Shown here piece after piece: positions 17,534-26,748 of a stretch of 32,000 nt of DNA. Every line of letters starts with the position of its first letter. Position 1 is the stretch's first letter. The stretch lies in contig NC_008312.1 of NCBI RefSeq assembly GCF_000014265.1, forward strand, positions 7,170,001-7,202,000, written 5' to 3'. Made by a program: the position numbers and the translations under genes. The notes under the pieces were generated by a model. The model was not told the origin of the DNA and made no database searches. It saw only the letters and a list, made by a program, of their open reading frames with translations. Origin of the DNA: Trichodesmium erythraeum IMS101. Lineage in GTDB: Bacteria > Cyanobacteriota > Cyanobacteriia > Cyanobacteriales > Microcoleaceae.

Positions 17534-20150
17534 ATATCAAATCTGGTTGAATACTTTTGATTATAGTTGGAGGAGATGGGGAGATTGAATGTTGAAGTAA
17601 TTATATAATTATCAAAATATATTATTCTGCCTATTTGTTGTGGCAAAATTCCATACTGAAAAAGTTGGGGAAAGTTGAATATTTGACAAGAGCACAAAGA
17701 ACTTAAAATAACTTAACTATTCTAAAAGAACTGCAAGGATAATCAAGTTGTCTTATGCAATTTTGGGCTGGTTACCAAGTATCTTCAACGAGGTTTTGCT
17801 CTGAGGCATTAGGAGCAAATTTTGTACAATTTATCTACCATTCTACTTTGGATTTTTCAGCTATTTTTTTGTTATTAAATCTTATCGAAATTCTGTCAAA
17901 TTATGATCATTGGCTCTATCCCGAAATATTGCTCATCTTTTTCTCTGCCTTGGATGCTGTAAATATTTCAATATTTTTCATGGTATTTTCAGTATTTCCA
18001 CTTCTTTTAAATATCAATAAATTCTTGGGCTTGATATTCTAAGCCACCAGAATAAGTAAGGCTTTTTTTTATTAGTGAAGTAGAATTTCTATTCTTCTAT
18101 CTGTTGCTCCCCAATCATAACCTCAAAGGTTTCCCTATATTAGATAACATTCAAAGGTCATAAACAATGTAGGCTTTCTGGGTTATATTTCTGGTTGCTA
18201 TTTTGTCAATTTATCCTGTCTAATTTTTTTTGCTTTCACTAATTAATTATTTTTATTGGCGTTCTTTTTGGGAGTTTTTTCAACTTCTAACCGCATTTTT
18301 CAGAGTCGTTATAATAACTTTGTAAAATATCACAAACTATATTAGGTGTATCATTTATGTAAATAGTTTTTTTCAGTCTCAAGTGTAAAATATTTACTTG
18401 TGCTCAATACCCATAAATCGTTTTATCTTTTTATACTGGCATTAATGTGATATGTTTATTCTTGATAGCTAAATTCTTAAACTTTCTATCCCTATAAAAA
18501 GTGCTAGGGGTTTCAATTTTACGCTAGAAACTGTTATAAATATTTAATATTTATTTGACTTTATATAAGGATTTATATACAAAATAATTTTTACTGCCAA
18601 GACTCTTTTAATTTTTTTTGCTATCGATGTTTGACTTGTAAAATTATCTACTTCATCTATAATATTTATTTTTTGTATTTTTTCTAGATATGTTCTTCTT
18701 ACTATTATATCTTTTGCGACCAATATGAGATTAGTATATATATGGTAAGAAATGGTATTAAACCTCTGATATATACGAGTTATATATTTATTAAGACTGA
18801 CTTAACTACAGTTTTGTTTGATTTTGAGGTTCATACCATTTCTTAATCTCAAGCTTTTGATGATACAGCCATCTTTAAATACTACTATTCCATTTTTCGT
18901 GTATGTGTTTGAATGTTGATTTATATTTTTTTTGACAGACGGAGTTTTGTTAAGTGTAAATATCTGATTTTCATTAGCTGATTTTTTCTGATTTTTAGTA
19001 TAGTTTTTTGATGAAGAAGGATACTCAAAAAATATAGTTAAAGATAAAAGGATAAACGTCACAAAACATAGTTTTTTTAATAATAAAATAATCATTCTAA
19101 GAACCTGGATTAAATTAATTTAACTGAATATTAATTACCTTAACTAATAATTGGCCTGACTTTAAAGTAGGCCTATAAAGGATTTATTTCTATCAATATA
19201 CTCTATCCCTTTTTCACCTATTTTATCTACGATAATAATACCTAAAAATAAAAGCTATCTAGGTATATTAATATAACTTTTCTACGAAACATTCTCTAAA
19301 AAAAAATATTTTTAAGAGACTCTCTTAGAGATTTTTTTGTCACTCAATATGAAAGAGAAAGTATGAACAGCAAGCAATATAGACTATTGCATATATTAAG
19401 TGCATAAGCAAAATTAATTACATATTCTGTTCGATGTGTGATCAAGCACTTTTTTTTAGCTTTTGAAGTCATATTTTTCAGTATTCAGGCATCTCCTACT
19501 TCAATTGATTGATATTTAATAAATTTCCTATTTCTATTATATTTGATTTTGTTGAGTATGTCGACAACCAAAATATTTATAGTTTTATAAATTCTATTTA
19601 TCTAATTTATTCAGTAAAACATTCCTAGTACTAATTTACACTTTAAAAATAAAAAATATAGTTTTTTAATAAAAATAAAAAATAGATTATTATCAAAATT
19701 AATCAATATTTAAATATTAATATTTACCTTTGCTATTCTATAAATTAATTCTTCTTTTTGAATTTATTAATCTTCTACTATTTATTTGTTTATTTATGCT
19801 TAAAAAGCTGACAAGTTATTGTTGTTTTTTTGAATGGCTATCTATAAAACAAGTAATGCTTTAAATAAAATCAATTTTTATATAAAATATTCAAGTAATT
19901 ACTTTTTTATTATTTATTTTTTAGTGATTATAGTCTATTTTTTTACCTATTACTCCCATTAATTATAAATTTAATTCTTCTTATTTTCATCCTTTATTAC
20001 CTCATTTATAATTTTTTTTATTTTTTTGTTGTCTATTTGCGCATATTTATTTCCTAAGTATGATGCATAAAATTAATAAATTACTAAGTTTAGCTGATCA
20101 TCTTTTTCCTGTCTGGCTTCCAATAATAATTGGAACCTAATTCCTCTTTC

Positions 20151-20178
20151 TAGCTGATAGCTAATAGCTGATACTTGA
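20151..20178. repeat. STRR-like heptamer tandem repeat (TAGCTGA-type, 4 units)
   Basis: The sequence reads 'tagctga tagctaa tagctga tacttga'. Confidence 0.8.
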
Positions 20179-20590
20179 ATACTTACTTTATTTTATATAT
20201 TTTGAATTTTTATTTTTAGTTATATTAAGTATTTTAGGCTCCAATTTTATCCAGATTTTAACTTGTTTTTTTTTCATAAGTTTAATTTTTTCTGCCTTTT
20301 ATTCTTTGATTATATAGTCCTAATATTCTTTGTTATGTCCATCAATTTAGCAAATTTAAACAGTTTTTATACTAACTTTAAATATTTTAATTAATTCCTT
20401 AAGAGGAAATCCTTAACTGCTCAATATTATATATTTAGCTTGATCTCTAACTTAATTACAATTACTATAGTTTTATTTATAGATATCTTCTAAGAGATAG
20501 TTAAACAGTGATAATTTCAAGTTTCTTAGGTTTAATATAAAATGCTTAAGTACTAGATTTTTTGCTTAGTACTGAGGAGTTTGGTTTGTA

Positions 20591-20611
20591 AGGGAATAGG
20601 GAATAGAAAAT
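20591..20611. repeat. Heptamer tandem repeat (GGGAATA x2 plus one degenerate unit)
   Basis: The sequence reads 'gggaata gggaata gaaaata'. Confidence 0.7.
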
Positions 20612-21008
20612 AGACCACAGAGAAATGCCCTAGGGTATTTCCGTAGTGCTATATTTAAAACTTTTAAATATACTTAACCTAAAATTAATATCTCGGATAA
20701 ATGGTTAAAAATTTATTATTTATTTTGGTTATTTAGGAATTTATAAATTATTAATATATTAGCTAATTTTTGGGGATTTTAATTAAAAATCAAAATAATC
20801 TCTCACTATAACAGTATGAAATTATTTGTGAAAAAACTATAGGGCTTTGGTTGTATAAATGCTATTTTTGCCCTTAGTTTGGAGACAAAAGTCCCTAGGA
20901 TCAAGTCTGAAAACTGATTCAGGATTGCTATATTTTAAATATTTGGTTTATCAAAGGTATTTCAAGCTATAATTTTTTTAAATATTCAACAACCTAACTA
21001 AAAAAAAT

Positions 21009-22118
21009 ATGCCAGTCAAGCGAAAATCTACTAATAGTAAACCCCAAATAACTAACAAACAAAAAGAAGCTGCTGAAGCTGAGATTAGGGAAAAGCAAAA
21101 AGTTATTGATTATCGAACAACAGAATATCCAGTAGAAGTTCTTGTTCAGAAATATATGGAAGGAAGAGAAAATGATACTAACGAGTTATTTATTCCTGAT
21201 TATCAAAGAGAAGAAGCCTGGCAGGAAAAAGAGCAGTCAAAGTTTATTGAATCTGTACTTTTAGGATTACCAGTACCTCCTATATTTGTTGCAGATATTT
21301 ACGACCAAGAAAATGACTTAGGGCGCTTAGAAATAGTAGATGGTACGCAACGCATTCGAACTCTATCTAAATTTTCTAATAATGAACTGACTTTAAGAGG
21401 ATTAGAAAAATTAGATAAGCTGAATGATTTCACTTTTACTGATTTACCACTTCCTCGTCAAAGACGTTTCAATAGAAGTACCATTAGGATGATTCAACTA
21501 ACAGAGAAAGCGGATGAGGAAGCACGACGAGATATGTTTGAAAGAATTAATACTGGTAGTGTTGTTTTAAATGACATGGAAAAACGTAGAGGAATACAAC
21601 GCGGACCTGTTCTAAATTGGATTGATAAATTATCAAAGAATCCCAAATTTCTAGAGCTATGTCCGTTTTCTGAAGCTCTAATTCGGAGGCGAGAACCTGA
21701 AGAATTTGTATTGCGTTTTTTCGCATATCTAAATAAATATCAGGAGTTTGAACACAGAGTAAATGTATTCCTCAATGATTATTTAAAAGAACAGGATGAG
21801 AAGAATAAGAATAATAAATTTTACCAGAATAAAATGGAGAAGGAATTTAAGTTAATGCTAGATTTTGTGGAAAAGTATTTCCCTGATGGGTTTAAAAAAG
21901 GCAAAAACTATAACTCAGTTCCCCGGATTAGGTTTGAAAGTATTTCTGTAGGTGTTGCACTTGCTTTAAGGGAAGAAAAAAATCTTAAACCAAAATCAAC
22001 CGACGAGTGGCTAAATTCCCAAGAGTTTAAAAAATACACTACTTCTGATAGTAGTAACTCTAGAGTGAAAGTTATTCGACGTATTGAATATGTTAGAGAT
22101 CAACTATTAGGTAAATAA
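21009..22118 (+). CDS. DUF262 (ParB/Srx-like, GmrSD N-terminal type) domain protein lacking a fused nuclease domain
   Basis: 369-aa ORF. It has the N-terminal DUF262 signature 'FIPDYQREEAWQEKEQSKFIESVLLGLPVPPIFV...LEIVDGTQRIRTL' (DGQQR-type motif) and 'MFERINTGSVVLNDMEKRRG'. I see no DUF1524/His-Me-finger-like motif in the C-terminal half. Confidence 0.8.
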   Translation: MPVKRKSTNSKPQITNKQKEAAEAEIREKQKVIDYRTTEYPVEVLVQKYMEGRENDTNELFIPDYQREEAWQEKEQSKFIESVLLGLPVPPIFVADIYDQENDLGRLEIVDGTQRIRTLSKFSNNELTLRGLEKLDKLNDFTFTDLPLPRQRRFNRSTIRMIQLTEKADEEARRDMFERINTGSVVLNDMEKRRGIQRGPVLNWIDKLSKNPKFLELCPFSEALIRRREPEEFVLRFFAYLNKYQEFEHRVNVFLNDYLKEQDEKNKNNKFYQNKMEKEFKLMLDFVEKYFPDGFKKGKNYNSVPRIRFESISVGVALALREEKNLKPKSTDEWLNSQEFKKYTTSDSSNSRVKVIRRIEYVRDQLLGK

Positions 22119-22819
22119 TGGGAAGAATATCATTTGTAATTCAAGATTTTAATGAACTTTCTGAAGAGGTAAGTAAATATTTTATTTTCTTGCAAGATTT
22201 AGAGCAAGGAAAAGTAAAATTAATCAAAGAAATTCAAGGAAATAATAAAGCTAACAAAATAGACGTTGAGTTAGAAAATACTCTAAAAGCAAGTGCTTAT
22301 TTATTACTTTACAATTTAATAGAATCTACTATGAAAAATGCTATAGAAGCAATCTTTCAGGAACTACAAGAGAAAGATGTTTCTTTTGATAAGATTAGAC
22401 CTGAATTAAAGAAAATTATTTTGGTTAATCTGAAAGGTAGAAACCCTGATAAAATTTTAGAAAAAATTCAGGACATATCTCTTGATATTGTTTCCATTGG
22501 ATTTAATAAAGAAGAACTATTTACTGGAAATATTGATAGTAAATTGATTAGAGAAACAGCTAAAAAATATGGATTTGATTCGCAAACAGATGACAAAAAA
22601 AGAACTAATGATAAAAATTCATATCTACTTCTAATTAAGAATAATAGAAATGATTTAGCTCATGGAAATAGACCTTTTGGCGATGTAGGAAAGTCGAAAA
22701 CTGCTGATGAACTGATAGAAATTAAAAAGACAATAGTCGAATATTTAAAAGGAATATTGGAGAATATTGAAACATATATAGATAATGAGGAATACTTAGA
22801 CTCAACAAATACTCCCTAA
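22118..22819 (+). CDS. HEPN-domain protein (resembles the MAE_28990/MAE_18760 HEPN-like nuclease family)
   Basis: 233-aa ORF. Its ATG overlaps the upstream stop ('TAATG' at 22116-22120). The Rx4H HEPN motif 'R-NDLA-H' is at residues 177-182 (nt 22646-22663), in a predicted helical protein. Family recall is from memory and was not searched. Confidence 0.7.
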   Translation: MGRISFVIQDFNELSEEVSKYFIFLQDLEQGKVKLIKEIQGNNKANKIDVELENTLKASAYLLLYNLIESTMKNAIEAIFQELQEKDVSFDKIRPELKKIILVNLKGRNPDKILEKIQDISLDIVSIGFNKEELFTGNIDSKLIRETAKKYGFDSQTDDKKRTNDKNSYLLLIKNNRNDLAHGNRPFGDVGKSKTADELIEIKKTIVEYLKGILENIETYIDNEEYLDSTNTP

Positions 22820-23853
22820 CTTATTTCTTGAACATGTTTAAGAATACTTTTTGCTACTACTTGACCTAACTTTACAGGGACAGCATTCCCAATTAAACGC
22901 CCTATATCTGTAAAAACAAATGATTTATTAGGAGGAAAAAATTGGTATTTATGAGGAAAAGTTTGCAACAATGCTGCTTCTCTGAGGGATATGGCTCTAT
23001 CTTGTTCGGGGTGTCCAAATCGACCATTACCAAAACCAAAGCACTGAGTCGTTATAGTTGGACTGGGACTATCCCATTCCATCCTGCCGTAAACCGATGG
23101 ATATGATTTACCACTACTCTTAGTATGGCATTTAGCTATTAAGTTTTTGGGCCAGTCTCGCCAAGTGCCTCCTGGTTTAGAAGCACGAATACGACGTAGA
23201 TTCAGTGCTGAAAGTTTGCTACATTGATGAAGTGGATCTATTTTCGATGATTGACCTGCACTCAGAGCTTCAAGATGCTCAATAGTCTTTCGTACAGTTT
23301 TGTAATTATCCTGATCGCAATTTGGGGGAATTAAATCTATATTGCCAAACTTGGAGGCAAAAAGTACTAACCGTTTACGATTTTGAGGTATACCGTAGTC
23401 TTGACAGTTAACACGATAAAATGTGATGAAGTATTTGAACTTTTTGAGTTTAGTAATAAATTCCTCAAAAACTTGATTTTGTTGCAACTGTGGTACATTT
23501 TCCATAGTCACAATATCTGGCATACATTGTTTGATAAGACGGGCAAAATAATAGAGAAGCTTCCATTTTGAGGAGCTGTTTCTGTAGCGCTTGGAGTAAT
23601 TAGAAAATGGTTGGCATGGAGAGCATCCGGCTAAAACTTTAAGGTGACATATTGGAAAATGCTTTGCTAGCTCCATACTCTCAATGTCTTCAACGCTTTT
23701 TAGTATAAACTTGGCTTTATTGTTATACTCATAAGGAAACTTACATACGGGATCAATATCATAACCAACATTTACAGGAAGACCAGCTTTCTCAAAGCCA
23801 TGAGTTAACCCACCTGCTCCGCAAAATAAGTCTATCGCAGAAATGCCAATCAT
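22816..23853 (-). CDS. DNA (cytosine-5)-methyltransferase
   Basis: 345-aa ORF with the full m5C-MTase motif set: I 'DLFCGAGGL', IV 'GCSPCQPFS', VI 'TMENVPQL', VIII 'QNRKRLVLFA', 'ISLREAALLQTFP' and X 'GNAVPVKL'. A 'GAGG' Shine-Dalgarno lies about 6 nt upstream of the ATG. Its stop (22816-22818) overlaps the HEPN gene stop (22817-22819). Confidence 0.92.
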   Translation of the reverse strand: MIGISAIDLFCGAGGLTHGFEKAGLPVNVGYDIDPVCKFPYEYNNKAKFILKSVEDIESMELAKHFPICHLKVLAGCSPCQPFSNYSKRYRNSSSKWKLLYYFARLIKQCMPDIVTMENVPQLQQNQVFEEFITKLKKFKYFITFYRVNCQDYGIPQNRKRLVLFASKFGNIDLIPPNCDQDNYKTVRKTIEHLEALSAGQSSKIDPLHQCSKLSALNLRRIRASKPGGTWRDWPKNLIAKCHTKSSGKSYPSVYGRMEWDSPSPTITTQCFGFGNGRFGHPEQDRAISLREAALLQTFPHKYQFFPPNKSFVFTDIGRLIGNAVPVKLGQVVAKSILKHVQEIS

Positions 23854-24288
23854 TATTTACCTCTACAGATTTTATATAAGTCAGGCTTAAATTATAATTC
23901 AATCAAGTTACTAATTTCAAGTTCAAATAAGAGGGAAGGTAATTAGAAAACTGCCTCATTCAATCATAAGTAATTTTTTCATACTGTATTTTTACAACAT
24001 AAAATGCTTGATAAGTAGCGGCACATTCGTAGTTTTGTTTCTGAGAGTGAAAAGCTTGAGAATATAAAGTTTATTCTCAAAAAACGATCAGCTTATCTGA
24101 GTGAAAAGTATTACAGAAATTTCCTGACAACATCTACAGTTCTTTGGAGAAAGTTTCTGATATTGAGGTTCCTGAAAGCCAAATCTCACAATAGTTATTC
24201 CCATAATTTCCCACTGCGGGTGTAAAAGGAATTTACTTATAAATATAATTATATCTACAGGACTACCAAATAATCTATATTACTCCTA

Positions 24289-25916
24289 CTAACGACCAGA
24301 ACGAAGAATACTAATAATTAACCACAACCTAAGAAAACTAGTTGTTGCAAATAAAGCTTCACTTAATACAGATAGCTGACTACTTTGAGAACCGATAGTT
24401 ACAATGGCAACAACAATAGTTAATTAACTTACAACTACACTAAAGGATAATCTATTGGCTGAATTATCTATACTATGACGCAAAGGTTCAATTCTTGTAG
24501 AGTCAAATTCCACTTTAATGTTTCGGAAGTAAGTCTATCTAAAAATAAGTCTAGCTCGCGAGGGAACTTTAAAGATAAATTCTTCAGATCAATAGCTGTT
24601 CTTAAGAAAGTTTGTACCAGATCATCCCCTAATAACTGTCGGCAAAATAAATCAGTCATTAATGGTTTAATCTCATCTAAAAGATTAAGTTGGAAATAAA
24701 AACTATGAGCGATCCCTTCTAAGTTTGCTAAAGTTTTGGAAAATAAACCTAAATTACTTGGTAATTTAATTTTGTTGTGACAACATAATTTTAATATGTC
24801 ATAAAATACTTGATAAAGGTTGATTTCAGACAAGCTGAGGTTATAATATTTTCGCAATATTTTGCTGTAATCATTTTTCAATTTAGCTAAGTTTGAGCCA
24901 ATATCTACTTCTACCATTTGTAGAGTTAACTGAGTACACCTTTGAGCATCTAAGTCAATGATCCCCAATAGTAGTTCTGTTAAATGCTGTTGACTCTTAG
25001 GGTCGAAGCGACTGAGTATTCCACAGTCTAGCAGAGCAATACACCCATCTTCTAAATAAAATATATTGCTTTGATGGGGGTCGACTTGAAAAAAACTGTT
25101 GAAATAAAGTTGTTGAAAGAAAGCACGGCATAATAAATGGGAAAGTGCTTGCTTTTCTGAATTTATACCCCCATTATAGTTAGCACCTTTGACTTTTGTC
25201 GATAAAATTGGTTGATCATGAAGCCATTCCAGAATTAAAAGCTTTGGGGTGGTTAGTGCCCAATATACTTTCAGAACCATAATTTGCTTGGAGTCAAATC
25301 ATTTACTTGTGGATAGGTTCTGAGGTAGTTCGTCAGTATAACTACCTTCTTGAATAAAATTCAGTTCTTATCGCAAAGTATCACCAAATTCTTGAGCTAC
25401 AGAAAGAATATCATAACTTTTTTCAAATTTTGTAAATGAGACTAACTCACCTAGACCTTTGAGCAAAGCAATATCTTTATCAACTATTTTATCAATGCCT
25501 GGACGTTTAACTTTGAGAGCTACTTCCCTGCAGTCTTTTAAAGTGGCTTTATAAGATTGAGCAATAGAACCTCCTGCTACACATTAAGTATTAATGTAGC
25601 TAAATATTTCTTCTAGAGTTTGGGAGAGTTATTGACGAATTAAGGTTTCGACTTCAGACCAAGATATTGGTGGTACATCTGCCTGTAAACTTGACAATGT
25701 ATTGATGTACTTTGTTGGCAATAGGCCTGGACAGGTGCTCAGTAGCTGACCAAGTTTTACATGTATTGGGCCTAAATCTACAAATATATTGCGCAGAACT
25801 GCTAGTGTTGGTAAGTCTGGTTGACCAGTTTGGCCTCCTGTAACGAGAGTTTTTATGTAGTCCCAACCATTGCGGAGGAAATTTTCCACTATTTCTGCTT
25901 GACTAGAGCTATGCAA
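24289..25916 (-). pseudogene. ABC1/UbiB (AarF)-family atypical kinase, pseudogenised
   Basis: - The N-terminal piece reads 'LRNIFVDLGPIHVKLGQLLSTCPGLLPTKYINTLSSLQADVPP'.
- The middle piece 'VAGGSIAQSYKATLKDCREVALKVKRPGIDKIV' follows a stop codon in its own frame and lies outside the track ORFs.
- The catalytic piece reads 'FQVDPHQSNIFYLEDGCIALLDCGILSRF'.
- A C-terminal hydrophobic piece, 'LTIVVAIVTIGSQSS...LRLWLIISILRSGR*', lies in another frame (24289-24425).
- At least three frame breaks or stops are present. Confidence 0.75.
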
Positions 25917-26481
25917 GGCTAGGTAATACTTGGCCTCCCTCTAGTGGTGTTGATATTTAATTCAGGTTTAAAGAAAATTTAATTATTTTTATATGTATAG
26001 GATAGTTTTGACAAAAAAACTGATATTTTTTTAATTTTTAAGATATGTATTATACCACTTTTTTTATGATTTGTCAATGATTTTTGATATTTTTGATAGT
26101 AGTTATAGGTTTAACTATGTGGGATGGGAAGCTGGAACTATAAAGGTTATGTGGTGCTAGGGAACACTCAGATGTATGAAGTTAAAAGGGTAGTCTTCCT
26201 CGTGTCAGGGTAGATGTATGTAAACAATGCTACTTCGGGTATATACCTTTTCTCCTTGACCAAAATAATTACAATAGACTACCATGAAAATTAACTACCA
26301 CCACCCATAAGGTTTGAGGGTAGTCTGTACTAATTGATTAATAACTGAGATGACTTTTAACTTGATGAATAGTATTCATTGTCACAAAAATCAAATTAGA
26401 AATTAAGAATCTAGACAGATTTATCCTTTACATAATACTCAAAGTTTTTTACATTAACTTTAGAATCAGTTTAAGATTAAA

Positions 26482-26748
26482 ATGAATAACATAGAATCTA
26501 TAGTAATTGAGCGGTTTCAATCTTTAAGTCCTATTAACTTAGACAGTTGTCAAGTAAAGCGGGAGTTAGTTGGCTCCAGAGTAGCAATGGTAATTGACTG
26601 CCCATCCACAGAAAAGTGTCATGAATTGTGGCGCGATCGCTACTTATTAATGCGTCGTTGTTTAGATCTATGGTTAGCTAATCAAATTGTAATTAGTTAT
26701 AAAGGTCATCCTTACGGTCGTACTCCAATACAACATCCTTTGGTATAG
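26482..26748 (+). CDS. Hypothetical protein (88 aa)
   Basis: The ORF has ordinary amino-acid composition, unlike the K/N/I/F-rich ORFs of the AT-rich gaps. It has higher local GC and an internal HIP1 site. No family recognised. Confidence 0.4.
   Translation: MNNIESIVIERFQSLSPINLDSCQVKRELVGSRVAMVIDCPSTEKCHELWRDRYLLMRRCLDLWLANQIVISYKGHPYGRTPIQHPLV

Noticed and set aside
17755-19095. ORFs 17755..18042 (+, hydrophobic 95 aa) and 18802..19095 (-, 97 aa with a signal-peptide-like N-terminus)
   Set aside because: - Their composition (F/L/I/K/N-rich) is what AT-rich DNA yields by chance, and no motifs are recognised.
- A weak hairpin plus T-run after 18042 is the only support.
- They are left as possible small membrane or secreted proteins for transcript or proteome data to decide.
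23383-23571. ORF 23383..23571 (+)
   Set aside because: It lies antisense inside the methyltransferase gene.
23854-24288. Search for a Vsr (very-short-patch repair) or controller (C) protein gene next to the m5C methyltransferase
   Set aside because: Only ORFs of about 38 aa or less occur in all frames, with nothing resembling Vsr or an HTH C-protein. A 9-bp-stem hairpin at 24054-24078 is not in a convincing terminator context.
24475-25866. ORFs 24475..24699 (+) and 25654..25866 (-)
   Set aside because: They are antisense or alternative-frame readings within the ABC1 kinase pseudogene.
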